A DNA stretch of 64,000 nt from Patescibacteria group bacterium (GTDB lineage Bacteria; Patescibacteriota; Patescibacteriia; Patescibacteriales; UBA12465). Location: the NCBI GenBank assembly GCA_041656935.1, contig JBBACQ010000001.1, forward strand, positions 29,459-93,458, written 5' to 3'. The notes under the pieces were generated by a model, which saw nothing but the letters and a program-made list of their open reading frames with translations, had not been told where the DNA came from and made no database searches. Of this stretch, positions 1 to 9,551 are shown piece after piece; positions within the stretch are counted from its first letter, which is position 1; every line of letters begins with the position of its first letter. Both the position numbers and the translations under genes were made by a program.

Positions 1-104
1 GAAACAGTCGCCAGGGAACTAATTAAGGCAATAATAAAAATAACAACTAACAATTCTGTTAAGCTAAATCCTTCCCCGTTTTTATTCTTTCTTCCTAAAA
101 ACAT
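1..104 (-). CDS. Type IV pilin-like protein, N-terminal fragment (gene runs off the window start)
   Basis: Reverse complement of 1-104 starts ATG and reads MFLGRKNKNGEGFSLTELLVVIFIIALISSLATV. This is a prepilin G|FSLxE cleavage/methylation motif plus a hydrophobic helix. It is truncated by the window edge and so is absent from the ORF track. Confidence 0.6.
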   Translation of the reverse strand, partial: MFLGRKNKNGEGFSLTELLVVIFIIALISSLATV

Positions 105-123
105 AATTACTAATTAGAAATTA

Positions 124-1233
124 TTATAATGGCGGGAGCCCCTGCATTAATCTCACAATATTGGGTTGCGATAAAACTTCCTCAAAAATATATATTTCAT
201 CTAAAATTCCCTTGAAATAACGCGGATCAGCTGGGTCAGATAAAGATCCGATACTTGTAAAATCAGCTCCGAAAGAACCAAAAGTATTATTAGAAGTAGC
301 GACCTCAACCCCATCATAATAAACCTTGGAAACCGAACCACTATGAGTTACAGCCATATGATGCCAACTATTATCATAATAATAAGTAGAGGGAGTATCA
401 TAATAATTTAATCTCCAAGTTGAGCCGTCATTATAACCAAACTGAATTCTTTTAGTTGTTTCTCCTAATATCATTGTGGCTCCCGAAAGTCTAGCCCCAG
501 AATCAGATCGAACCATGGTTATAATTCTACCCTGAGCTGTAAACGCCCCAGTATGATCTTTATCAGTTTTAAACCAAGCTCCAATAGTAAAAGGGGCTCC
601 TGACAACATGGAGTTAGATGATGGTAATTGAATATAATCGCTGGTACCGTTTAAAATATACCCCTGACCATATTTTCCAGTAGTTAAAACTGCTCCATGA
701 ACTGTTCCATCAAAATCGTTCCCTGAGGAATCATCAGCGTTGCCTTCGAAACTATATCTAGCTATTAACCCCTCCCAAGAAAGACAATCTGAATTTAAAA
801 TACCGGTCGGAGTAGCGCATTTAACACCGGCTGTATAGCTCTCAACCGCTTCTTCTAAACAAAAGGCAATACCGTAAGAATCATTAACATCATCGTAAAC
901 ATAATCATAAGCACTATAACTACAGACATAATTATAGTAAGGTGAATTTTCTGGAATTTCATCTAAAAAAGTTATTCCCGTAGTCGGGCCTGTTAAAGAT
1001 TCACCCGCCGTTAAGGTATCAGGATAAACTCCCTCTAAACGATGATAGTTTTCTAAAGCGATCTGAACTTGATTAATATCAGACACCCTTTTAAAATCTC
1101 TGCCTTTTTGACGAGAATTAAAAACCGAAACTACAAATAAAGAACTAATAATAACTATTATAAAAATAGCTACCAATAATTCTGTTAGAGTGAAGGCTGT
1201 TTTTTTAGTTTTTATAAATATCTTTAAAAACAT
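124..1233 (-). CDS. Type IV pilin-like protein with C-terminal LamG/concanavalin-like domain
   Basis: N-terminus KKTAFTLTELLVAIFIIVII is a class III signal. It is followed by the RDxKRxxDxxQxQxALExY pilin core. The C-terminal half (WEGLIARYSFEGNADDSSGN...LDEIYIFEEVLS) resembles a LamG jelly-roll. Confidence 0.75.
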   Translation of the reverse strand: MFLKIFIKTKKTAFTLTELLVAIFIIVIISSLFVVSVFNSRQKGRDFKRVSDINQVQIALENYHRLEGVYPDTLTAGESLTGPTTGITFLDEIPENSPYYNYVCSYSAYDYVYDDVNDSYGIAFCLEEAVESYTAGVKCATPTGILNSDCLSWEGLIARYSFEGNADDSSGNDFDGTVHGAVLTTGKYGQGYILNGTSDYIQLPSSNSMLSGAPFTIGAWFKTDKDHTGAFTAQGRIITMVRSDSGARLSGATMILGETTKRIQFGYNDGSTWRLNYYDTPSTYYYDNSWHHMAVTHSGSVSKVYYDGVEVATSNNTFGSFGADFTSIGSLSDPADPRYFKGILDEIYIFEEVLSQPNIVRLMQGLPPL

Positions 1234-1330
1234 AAGATGATTCTAATATTAAATATTATATCATAAAAAAAAATATTAGAAAATAAAAAAAATAGGCCTA
1301 AGCCTATTTTTATAAAATATAGAAAATAAA

Positions 1331-3409
1331 TTATTTACCACTCTTTTCTTTTATCTGCTCTAAAATATTTCGTGGTACTTCATTATAATGAGAAAATTCC
1401 ATAACATAATTAGCTCGGCCCTGGCTCATAGAACGAAGCGAAGTAGCATAACCAAACATTTCAGCTAAAGGCACCTTAGATAAAACTACCTTGGCATTCC
1501 CTCTTTCAGTCATTTCTTCAATTTGACCTCTCTTAGCATTTAAATCTCCAATAATATTACCCATATATTCTTCCGGAGTAGTAACCTCAACTTTCATAAT
1601 TGGTTCTAATAATACTGGACTTCCCTTTTGACAAGCCTCTTTAAAAGCAAAAATAGCCGCCATTTTAAAGGCAATTTCAGAAGAGTCAACTTCATGGTAA
1701 GATCCATCATAAACTGTTGTTTTAACATCAACCATCGGATAACCAGCCAAAATACCGCTTTGCATAGCCTCTTTAACTCCTTTTTCTACAGCCGGAATAT
1801 ATTCTTTAGGAATAGAACCACCCTTAACTTCATCAACGAACTCATAGCCCTTACCAACCTCTTGGGGCTCAACTCTTAAATAACAATGACCATACTGACC
1901 ACGACCACCAGATTGCTTGGCATATTTATGTTCAGCCTCAGCTTTTTGTTTTATGGTCTCACGATAAGAAACTTGAGGGTTACCAACATTAGCTTCAACA
2001 CCAAATTCTCGTTTCATTCTATCTACAATAATATCTAAATGAAGCTCACCCATTCCTGATATTAGAACTTGACCATTTTCCTCATCAGTTTCTACTCTGA
2101 AAGTTGGATCTTCTTCGGCTAGACGATTTAAAGCTACTCCCATCTTTTCTTGATCAGCCTTAGTTTTCGGTTCTACAGCAATTTTAATAACTGGTTCTGG
2201 GAAGATTATAGATTCTAATAAAATTGGTCTTTTTTCATCACATAAGGTATTACCAGTAGTTGTATCTTTTAATCCAATAACAGCGGCGATATCTCCAGCT
2301 TTAATTTCTTTAATCTCTTCGCGATGATTAGCGTGCATTCGGACCAAACGACCAATTCTTTCTTTATTGCCACTAGAAGAGTTGATAATATAAGAACCAG
2401 AGGCTAAAACTCCGCTATAAACACGAACGAAACAAAGTTTTCCAACAAAAGGATCGGTAGCAATTTTAAAAGCTAAACCAGAAAAAGGTTCTTTAATATC
2501 AGCCTTAACAATTATTTTTTTAGATTCATCTTTTACATCGCTAGCTTCCAATTCCGGAACATCTAAGGGAGATGGTAAATATTCACAAACGGCATCTAAA
2601 ACTAATTGAATACCAATATTTTGTAGAGCTGTCCCACACATTACCGGATAAATACCATTAGCAATAACGCCTTTTCTTAAGGCTTTCTTTAAATCTTCCA
2701 AGCTCATTTCTTCTCCGTTTAAATATTTTTCAGTTAAAATATCATCAAATTCAGCTATTTTTTCTAATAATTCATTATGATATTTATCTACTTCGGCTGT
2801 CATATTTTCTGGAATTGGAATCTCTGTAATTTGTTCACCAAAGTTTCCTTCAAATTTAAAAGCTTTTTTTTCTAAAACATTTATTATTCCAGAAAAACTA
2901 TTTTCAGCTCCAATCGGCAATTGATAAGCTACCGCCTTAGAATTTAATCTCTTTTTAATAGAATTTAAGCTCATGTAAAAATCAGCTCCAGTTTTATCCA
3001 TTTTATTAATAAAACAAATTCTAGGAACGTTATATTTATCAGCTTGGCGCCAAACAGTTTCGGATTGAGGTTCTACTCCTTGAGAAGCATCAAAAACAGC
3101 TATTGCTCCATCTAAAACTCGAAGTGATCTTTCTACTTCTACTGTAAAATCAACGTGACCAGGAGTATCAATAATATTAATTTTATTATCTTTCCAAAAA
3201 CAAGTAGTCGCCGCTGAAGTAATGGTTATGCCTCGCTCTTTTTCCTGTTCCATCCAATCCATATCAGCTGCTCCGTCATGAGTCTCGCCAATCTTATGTT
3301 TTTTTCCAGTGTAAAATAAAACACGCTCAGTAAAAGTAGTTTTACCGGCGTCAATATGAGCCATGATTCCAATATTACGAAATTTATCTAATGTATAATC
3401 TTGCGACAT
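1331..3409 (-). CDS. fusA: Translation elongation factor G
   Basis: 692 aa with GTPase motifs AHIDAGKTT and DTPGHVDF. Full-length EF-G architecture, downstream of rpsL-rpsG. Confidence 0.97.
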   Translation of the reverse strand: MSQDYTLDKFRNIGIMAHIDAGKTTFTERVLFYTGKKHKIGETHDGAADMDWMEQEKERGITITSAATTCFWKDNKINIIDTPGHVDFTVEVERSLRVLDGAIAVFDASQGVEPQSETVWRQADKYNVPRICFINKMDKTGADFYMSLNSIKKRLNSKAVAYQLPIGAENSFSGIINVLEKKAFKFEGNFGEQITEIPIPENMTAEVDKYHNELLEKIAEFDDILTEKYLNGEEMSLEDLKKALRKGVIANGIYPVMCGTALQNIGIQLVLDAVCEYLPSPLDVPELEASDVKDESKKIIVKADIKEPFSGLAFKIATDPFVGKLCFVRVYSGVLASGSYIINSSSGNKERIGRLVRMHANHREEIKEIKAGDIAAVIGLKDTTTGNTLCDEKRPILLESIIFPEPVIKIAVEPKTKADQEKMGVALNRLAEEDPTFRVETDEENGQVLISGMGELHLDIIVDRMKREFGVEANVGNPQVSYRETIKQKAEAEHKYAKQSGGRGQYGHCYLRVEPQEVGKGYEFVDEVKGGSIPKEYIPAVEKGVKEAMQSGILAGYPMVDVKTTVYDGSYHEVDSSEIAFKMAAIFAFKEACQKGSPVLLEPIMKVEVTTPEEYMGNIIGDLNAKRGQIEEMTERGNAKVVLSKVPLAEMFGYATSLRSMSQGRANYVMEFSHYNEVPRNILEQIKEKSGK

Positions 3410-3494
3410 AATTATTTATTAAGACTTTTAAGAGTATTGAAGATCTTAAGAGTCTTGGGAGTTTATTTTAATTAATTTATTATTTTTTTTACCT

Positions 3495-3634
3495 GCCAGC
3501 TTCGAAAAATTTCAGAATAGATATGAGCGTAAAAAGCGTGTAAAATTTAGCTGTCTGAGGATGAGCGGAGCTCATCCGAGTTCTAAATTTTACTAGCTTT
3601 TATAGCGAATATCCTGAAATTTTGAGTTGCTGGC
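3495..3634. repeat. About 140-nt nested imperfect palindrome in the rpsG-fusA spacer
   Basis: Outer arms are GCCAGC (3495-3500) and GCTGGC (3629-3634). Nested arms are AAAATTTCAG/CTGAAATTTT and GTAAAATTTAG/CTAAATTTTAC. The apex is GGATGAGC-gga-GCTCATCC (3559-3577). Confidence 0.65.
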
Positions 3635-3635
3635 G

Positions 3636-3664
3636 ATTTTTGGGCCACTTTTTCTAAAAAAGTG
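3636..3664. repeat. 28-nt repeated hairpin element, copy 1 (TTTTTGGGCCACTTTTTCTAAAAAAGTG)
   Basis: Hairpin GCCACTTTTT-ct-AAAAAGTGGC. The same 28-mer, with one substitution, recurs at 40602-40629. Confidence 0.7.
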
Positions 3665-3700
3665 GCATGAAAAAAAAATTCACAAAAATTTAAACTTTTA

Positions 3701-4168
3701 CTATCGGGAAAAGTGGGCAAAAGCCTTATTAGACTCGGCCATCTTATGAACAGTCTCTCTTTTCTTAACAGCATTACCTTCACCATTAGAAGCATCCAAA
3801 ATTTCTCCAGCCAACTTTTCTGACATTGACTTCCCTTTTCTAGCCTTAGCCGCATCTATAATCCAATGGCAACCTAAATAAAAACGACGTTCGCCTCTAA
3901 CTTGAAAAGGAACTTGATAATTAGCTCCACCAACTCTTTTACCACGAACCTCTAATAAAGGTGAAACTCTTTTTAAAGCTTTATTAAAAATATGGCGAGG
4001 ATCATGTTTAGTCTCTTGTCTAATAATATCAAAAGTATCATAGACAATATTTTGAGCGACCGATCTCTTACCATCAACCATTAAATAATTTATAAACTTA
4101 GCGACGCTTTTGTCGCCGTATTTCAAATCACTTTCTATATCTCTTTTAGGGGCTTGTTTACCTCTCAT
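3701..4168 (-). CDS. rpsG: 30S ribosomal protein S7
   Basis: 155 aa with typical S7 sequence (VAKFINYLMVDGKRSVAQ...EVRGKRVGGANYQVP). Sits in str operon order. Confidence 0.97.
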   Translation of the reverse strand: MRGKQAPKRDIESDLKYGDKSVAKFINYLMVDGKRSVAQNIVYDTFDIIRQETKHDPRHIFNKALKRVSPLLEVRGKRVGGANYQVPFQVRGERRFYLGCHWIIDAAKARKGKSMSEKLAGEILDASNGEGNAVKKRETVHKMAESNKAFAHFSR

Positions 4169-4227
4169 ATTTTTTAAAATTGCCAGCTATAGCAACTTAT
4201 TATAAATTTATTAAATACTTAACTTAT

Positions 4228-4290
4228 CCCAGCCTTCGCTGGGAAAACAAACAAATGAAAATCTTATTTCTTACTCCAGCTTTCGCCGGA
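4228..4290 (-). promoter_or_regulatory. Twin tetraloop hairpins in the rpsL-rpsG intercistronic spacer (candidate S7 autoregulatory site)
   Basis: On the transcribed minus strand the hairpins are CCCAGC-GAAG-GCUGGG (4243-4228) and UCCGGC-GAAA-GCUGGA (4290-4275). The second needs a G.U pair that would be an A.C mismatch on the other strand. Confidence 0.35.
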
Positions 4291-4311
4291 ATAACAAGCG
4301 AGTAAAAAATC

Positions 4312-4731
4312 CTATTCCTTCGGTTTTTTAGCTCCATAACAACTTCTTCCTTGACGACGTTTTTCAACTCCTTGAGAATCATAAACTCCTCTAACCACCT
4401 TATATCTAACACCTGGTAAATCTTTAGTTTTACCACCTTTTATTAAAATAATAGAGTGCTCTTGCAAATTATGTCCCATTCCCGGAATATAGGCTGTTAC
4501 CTCCATGCCATTAGACAATCGAACACGAGCTATTTTACGTAAGGCTGAGTTCGGCTTTTTAGGAGTCATGGTAGTAACTTTAATACAAACCCCTTGTTTA
4601 AAAGGAGCTCCTTTTTTAGAAACTTTTTTCTTACGATGCAAAGAATCCAAGCTGGTTCTTAGAGCTAAATTTTTCTTTCTTTTAGTAGATGACTTTCGTC
4701 CTTTTCTAACCAATTGATTAATTGTTGGCAT
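4312..4731 (-). CDS. rpsL: 30S ribosomal protein S12
   Basis: [12 protein letters not shown]...[10 protein letters not shown]. The ORF track starts two codons earlier (MFM), and the conserved MPTINQL start is preferred. Confidence 0.97.
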   Translation of the reverse strand: MPTINQLVRKGRKSSTKRKKNLALRTSLDSLHRKKKVSKKGAPFKQGVCIKVTTMTPKKPNSALRKIARVRLSNGMEVTAYIPGMGHNLQEHSIILIKGGKTKDLPGVRYKVVRGVYDSQGVEKRRQGRSCYGAKKPKE

Positions 4732-4784
4732 AAACAAATATTAATTAAAAACATAAAGACCTATTAAGTCCTTACTATAAAATA

Positions 4785-4813
4785 AATCTAACAAAATTAT
4801 AAAAATAAGTCAA
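4785..4813 (-). promoter_or_regulatory. Candidate sigma70-type promoter of the str operon
   Basis: Minus strand TTGACT (4813-4808), 17-nt spacer, TAGATT (4790-4785), about 50 nt upstream of the rpsL start. Confidence 0.4.
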
Positions 4814-4815
4814 GG

Positions 4816-4847
4816 AAAAAAGGGACAAGTAGAGACTCGCCCCTTTA
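4816..4847 (-). terminator. Rho-independent terminator after the zinc-ribbon ORF
   Basis: Minus-strand RNA GGGGCGAG-ucucua-CUUGUCCC (includes G.U pairs) followed by UUUUUU. Confidence 0.45.
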
Positions 4848-4870
4848 AAACAAAGGAGGGTTGTTTATCT

Positions 4871-5101
4871 TTATTTACTATTACTATTAGTAAATTTTTG
4901 AATATCGTCAAAATGTACCGTACACTTGGCACAAATATAATAATCACAAATAGGAACGAGGTCCGCTGATTTTATTCCCTCTCTATCAATCGGATCGAAA
5001 ACAATTTTCTCATCTTTTCTTTTGTAAATGGGGATATATCGGTTACATCCACAAATTGGGCAACAAAAATTTATCTCAGAAATTGGCCTTTTTTTCGCCA
5101 T
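4871..5101 (-). CDS. Small zinc-ribbon protein (two CxxC pairs)
   Basis: 76 aa with CCPICGC...CDYYICAKC. No recognisable family. Confidence 0.5.
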   Translation of the reverse strand: MAKKRPISEINFCCPICGCNRYIPIYKRKDEKIVFDPIDREGIKSADLVPICDYYICAKCTVHFDDIQKFTNSNSK

Positions 5102-5143
5102 AATTAAATCCTCCCTAATTTAAAAACACATTAAAAGAACAAA

Positions 5144-5575
5144 TTATAATAACACAAACATTGTAAACAAAAATAAACTAAAAATCAACTCCTGCCGAGA
5201 ATAGTATGGAATAAAGCCCCTAATATTGATTTTTTTAAAAGGATAAAAAGGGTAAAAATCAGAATTATCTAGAGCATCTAATAAAAAATGACCTAAATAA
5301 GCCAGTGAAAAAACCAAGCCGAATCTAAAATTAATCAACATTATGACCAAAGAAAAAAAGGCCCAAGAAAAAAAACTATGAAAATAACTACGAGAGCTAT
5401 CTTTAGAACTTTTGCTCTTTAACCAAATTTTCTTAAAATTAAAAATATTATTTTGCCTAATAGCTGGGATTAGATGATCAATATCGATTGCTAACGACCC
5501 AATTAAGGAAGCCGTATAATCACCGGTAATCTCCCCGATTATTAACCCCAGAGCTAAATGAGTAGTGGAATACAT
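5144..5575 (-). CDS. Membrane-bound metal-dependent hydrolase, YdjM/DUF457-like
   Basis: 143 aa, polytopic, with DIDH and HFLLD histidine/aspartate motifs typical of DUF457. Confidence 0.55.
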   Translation of the reverse strand: MYSTTHLALGLIIGEITGDYTASLIGSLAIDIDHLIPAIRQNNIFNFKKIWLKSKSSKDSSRSYFHSFFSWAFFSLVIMLINFRFGLVFSLAYLGHFLLDALDNSDFYPFYPFKKINIRGFIPYYSRQELIFSLFLFTMFVLL

Positions 5576-5603
5576 ATTCTAATAAAGTTAAAATAAAAAA
5601 TAA

Positions 5604-6308
5604 TTAAATACCTGTTAAAAAGTACAAAGAATACAAGATGGGAAAAAACAATAATCTAAAAAAACCAAACACTAAAAGAAATAAGACAATTAAAAGACCA
5701 TAACGCTCGATTGCTAACACCTTGTACTTATATTTATCAGGTAAAAAGTTTAATAGAATTTTAGAGCCATCTAGGGGTGGAACCGGAATTAAATTAAATA
5801 TGGCTAATAGTAAATTCAAAAAACAAAAGATAATGGACATTAAAAAAATCGTTACCCATAAATTACCCGCCATCTGAGACACCAAAAAAGGAAAATCTCC
5901 AGTTAAATAAGCCGACAATAAAGAAACCTTTAATTCTGCTAATATTGGTAAAAATCTGGCCATTAAACCAAAAAAGACAGCTAATATAATATTGGCCCCC
6001 GGTCCAGCAATGGCGACCTTTAGATCTCCGTATTTTTTATCCCTAATATTAAAAGGATTATAAGGTACCGGTTTAGCCCAGGCTAAAATAAAACCAGTTC
6101 CGGAAAAAATAAAAAATAAAGGCAATAAAATAGAACCAAAAAGATCAATGTGAGGAATTGGATTTAAAGTTAATCGACCCAAATCTTTAGCGGTAGAATC
6201 GCCCAATTTATTGGCCATCCAAGCATGACCATACTCATGAACTATTATAGAAAATATTAAAATTATAATAGACAAAATCATTATCGACATAAAAAACAAA
6301 TTAGGCAA
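5604..6308 (-). CDS. Site-2 protease family (peptidase M50) membrane metalloprotease
   Basis: HEYGHAW (HExxH) in the first TM region and a later PLDGS motif. Polytopic. Confidence 0.8.
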   Translation of the reverse strand: MPNLFFMSIMILSIIILIFSIIVHEYGHAWMANKLGDSTAKDLGRLTLNPIPHIDLFGSILLPLFFIFSGTGFILAWAKPVPYNPFNIRDKKYGDLKVAIAGPGANIILAVFFGLMARFLPILAELKVSLLSAYLTGDFPFLVSQMAGNLWVTIFLMSIIFCFLNLLLAIFNLIPVPPLDGSKILLNFLPDKYKYKVLAIERYGLLIVLFLLVFGFFRLLFFPILYSLYFLTGI

Positions 6309-6404
6309 ACTAACTTAAGTTTAGCCTAATAAAATAAAAATTTAATAATTTTAGTATAACAAATTATATTTTTTTTAGCAAAAAAATGTTTTTATCTTTA
6401 AGTA

Positions 6405-6432
6405 TTGATTATTTTAAAAATTATGCTACAAT
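6405..6432 (+). promoter_or_regulatory. Candidate promoter for rpmB
   Basis: TTGATT (6405-6410), 16-nt spacer, extended -10 TGcTACAAT (6424-6432). A leader of about 115 nt containing CTCTAAA...TTTAGAG pairing precedes the ATG. Confidence 0.5.
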
Positions 6433-6555
6433 TAAAGAGAAAAAATAAAAATAAAGCTAACTCTTGTTAAAGTGCCTCTCTAAAAGACCAGTTAATCCTG
6501 AAAATCTCGGGAATTTAGAGAAAAAACAGTTTAATAGAAAAGCTATAAAAAAAAT

Positions 6556-6738
6556 ATGGGAAAGAAATGTGATGTTTGTGGCCGAAGTTCAACTAAGGGT
6601 GTCAGCCGATCTCATTCTAATATTAAAACTTTGAAAAGGCAAAATATAAATTTGCAAAGTAAAAATATTATGGGAATCAAAACCAAAGTTTGTACCAAGT
6701 GTCTAAAAACAATGAAAAAGAACGAAGAAAAAAAATAA
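6556..6738 (+). CDS. rpmB: 50S ribosomal protein L28
   Basis: 60 aa, MGKKCDVCGRSSTKGVSRSHSNIKTLKRQNINLQ, matching the L28 N-terminal pattern. Confidence 0.9.
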   Translation: MGKKCDVCGRSSTKGVSRSHSNIKTLKRQNINLQSKNIMGIKTKVCTKCLKTMKKNEEKK

Positions 6739-6797
6739 AGACAAAAAATGAGAATAAAAAATAGAGATGTTATCCATCTCTGTTTTTTTTATAAAAA

Positions 6798-8345
6798 CTA
6801 TTTTCTTTTTCTATATTTATAAAAAAAATAAAACAACAAAAAATAATAAATAATACTCAAAAACAAAGACCAATTGGCTATATTAATTGAAGCCCCGGGA
6901 ATTTTGATGCTCCAAACAGCAACTAAATAAATATATCTTAGAAACAGTTCAATAAAAAAATATACGAACTGAGCTAAAAAAGGAATAAGAAAAGAGATAA
7001 TCAGGGCGATGATAGATAAGGAAATAATGATTGGTAAAAGAAATAAAACTAGCAAATTAGAAATTGGAGCTATTAAAGAAAATTGTTCGAAATTAGAAAT
7101 TAAAATTGGAGCGGTTATTAATTGAACAGAAATTGTTAAACTTATTATATCAATAATAGATTCCCTAATTTTTATTTTCATATTAATTTTTGACAGAATA
7201 GCATCTTTAACTAGAGGATGAAAATAAATTATTCCTAAAACCGCCAAAAAAGAAAGTTGAAAACCGATGTCAACAAAAACCAAATAAGGATTAACTAATA
7301 ATAAAATCAAAAGAGTTAAAAACAAAGCATTAACTAAGTTCCCAACTCGCCCCATATAAATAGCCAAAAAAGAAAAGAAACCCATAATCGAAGCCCTAAT
7401 AGCCGAAGCCGGAAAACCAATTAAAATTAAATAAAGAAACAAAAACAAAACACTTAAATAAAAAGAACTTTTTCTAGATAAGCCAATAAACAACAATAGG
7501 CTTAATAATAAAGAACATAATAGGCTAATATGCAAACCAGAAATAGCAATAATATGACTGAGTCCCGCCCGAGAAAAGATTTCTCGATTTTCAGTTGTTA
7601 AATCGCTCTTATCACCTAAAATCATCCCTTTTAAAATAGCCGAAGAATCAACACTTAAGAAGAGATTAAATTTCTCAGCTGTTTTAGATTTAAAATCATA
7701 AATATAATTTAAAAAATAAATTCTTAACTTAGTAAAAAAATTGTTGCTAAAACAAATGGAAGGCAGACTATCGTTAGAAAAATTTTGGAGTTCAAGCAAA
7801 TCAATCTTCTTAATTTTAGGATAATAAGCAACGGCTGTAATTTTATATCTTTTTAAATACAAAGAATAATTAAAATCATCAATAAGTCCTGGTTCTAAAT
7901 ATTGTCCCTCAACTTCTAAATAATCACCATAGCTATAAGTTGGATAAAGAAAGCTACTCAATAAAATATTACCTTCCAATTTAAAAAAATTAGCCAAATT
8001 ATCCTGGCCACAAATAATTTTTAGCTTTATTTTTTGTTTATCATTTTTTATCTCTGGGTCATTAATAACTCCGCCAAATATCTTAAATTCATAATCATAA
8101 TAATTCTCAATTTTACCGGAAAGATCGTCCCCTAACAAAAAAGAATAACGCCAAATAGCTAAAAATATAAAAAATAAGATTAAATAAATTTTAGAATTAA
8201 ATTTTATTAAAAAAAATAGAAAAATTAATAAAAAAGAAAAATAAAATAAACTAGGAAGATTTTGAATAAAAAATAAATAGTGGGCTAAAAATAAACCCAC
8301 CACGAAAGATACCCCAGCTATTAAAAAGAAATTATTTTTACTCAT
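6798..8345 (-). CDS. comEC: ComEC/Rec2 DNA internalisation channel (no beta-lactamase-fold domain)
   Basis: 515 aa, polytopic, with the competence-domain motif FSRAGLSHIIAISGLHISLL. Confidence 0.85.
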   Translation of the reverse strand: MSKNNFFLIAGVSFVVGLFLAHYLFFIQNLPSLFYFSFLLIFLFFLIKFNSKIYLILFFIFLAIWRYSFLLGDDLSGKIENYYDYEFKIFGGVINDPEIKNDKQKIKLKIICGQDNLANFFKLEGNILLSSFLYPTYSYGDYLEVEGQYLEPGLIDDFNYSLYLKRYKITAVAYYPKIKKIDLLELQNFSNDSLPSICFSNNFFTKLRIYFLNYIYDFKSKTAEKFNLFLSVDSSAILKGMILGDKSDLTTENREIFSRAGLSHIIAISGLHISLLCSLLLSLLLFIGLSRKSSFYLSVLFLFLYLILIGFPASAIRASIMGFFSFLAIYMGRVGNLVNALFLTLLILLLVNPYLVFVDIGFQLSFLAVLGIIYFHPLVKDAILSKINMKIKIRESIIDIISLTISVQLITAPILISNFEQFSLIAPISNLLVLFLLPIIISLSIIALIISFLIPFLAQFVYFFIELFLRYIYLVAVWSIKIPGASINIANWSLFLSIIYYFLLFYFFYKYRKRK

Positions 8346-8424
8346 AAAAACTAATAAATTAATATTAGTATTTTATAAAAAGTAAAATAAATTCTAACTT
8401 AAAAGATAATTAAATAAAAATAAA

Positions 8425-9531
8425 TTAATTATTCTTATTTTTTAATAAATATTTTAGGTAAGACTCAATAAATTCATCTAAATCACCATTAATTACCTCA
8501 TCTAACTTATTAGAGGAAAAACCGGTGCGATGGTCTTTAACCATTTGATAAGGTTGAAAAACATAAGATCTAATTTGTTTTCCCCAAGTCCCCTGCCCAG
8601 CACTACCCTTTATTTTTTGGAGATCAGCTTGATTTTTTTCTTCTTGTAATTGATAAAGTTTAGCCCGTAAAATTTGAAAAGCTTTTTCCTTATTTTGATG
8701 TTGTGATCTCTCACTTTGGCAACTTACACTAACGTTAGTTGGTAGATGAACAATCCTAACAGCTGAATCTGTGGTGTTTACTCCCTGTCCCCCCGGACCC
8801 GAAGATTTATAGACATCAATCCTAATATCTTTTTCTTCAATTTTTATCGCCCCGTCATCTTCAATCTGTGGAATAACCTCTACCCCCGCAAAAGAAGTAT
8901 GACGTAAATCCTCCGAATCAAAAGGAGAAATCCTGACTAAACGATGAACTCCATTTTCACTTCTCAAATTTCCATAAACATACAACCCATTAACTTTTAA
9001 AATTGAGTTTTTAATACCAGCCTCATTGGCTGGGACTCTATCTAAAATTTCCACTTGGAATCCTTTTTTCTCAAAATATCTTAAATACATTCTTTCTAAA
9101 ATCTCAGCCCAATCTTGAGCATCAACTCCACCACTACCAGCATGAATAGATAAAATAGCCCCCTTGTCATCATCTTTCCCAGAAAATAATAAAAAGAATT
9201 CTAATTTTTCAAACTCTTTTTCTAAATCAATTAATTTAATTTCAATATCATTATAAATATTGTCTCCCTCGTTTTCACCTGACAAAACCGCCAACTCTTC
9301 TAAATTTCTAATTTCTTTCTCTAAATTTTCAAAACGATCTATTTCTGTTTTAAAAAATTCAGCCTCTTGGCTAACTTTAACAGCTTGGTCATTATTTTTC
9401 CAAAAATCATCTTTAGCCATTAAAAAATTAAGTTCATTTAACTGAACTTTTTTTCTCTCAATTCCTAAAACCTCTTTAGTCTTTACCACCTTTTCTCGTA
9501 AATCATTTATTTTTTTGATTAAATTTTCCAT
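8425..9531 (-). CDS. prfB: Peptide chain release factor 2
   Basis: SPF tripeptide (RISPFDS) and GGQ (SGPGGQGVNTTDSAVR) motifs. It is a single uninterrupted frame with no +1 frameshift site. The start is placed at MENLIKK (ATG 9531) rather than the GTG at 9561 that overlaps murF. Confidence 0.93.
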   Translation of the reverse strand: MENLIKKINDLREKVVKTKEVLGIERKKVQLNELNFLMAKDDFWKNNDQAVKVSQEAEFFKTEIDRFENLEKEIRNLEELAVLSGENEGDNIYNDIEIKLIDLEKEFEKLEFFLLFSGKDDDKGAILSIHAGSGGVDAQDWAEILERMYLRYFEKKGFQVEILDRVPANEAGIKNSILKVNGLYVYGNLRSENGVHRLVRISPFDSEDLRHTSFAGVEVIPQIEDDGAIKIEEKDIRIDVYKSSGPGGQGVNTTDSAVRIVHLPTNVSVSCQSERSQHQNKEKAFQILRAKLYQLQEEKNQADLQKIKGSAGQGTWGKQIRSYVFQPYQMVKDHRTGFSSNKLDEVINGDLDEFIESYLKYLLKNKNN

Positions 9532-9551
9532 TATATTTTTAGTTTTAAAAA

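Noticed and set aside
3583-4436. ORFs 3583-3855 and 4224-4436
   Set aside because: They overlap rpsG and rpsL out of frame and run through the structured intergenic repeats. They show no protein-like features.
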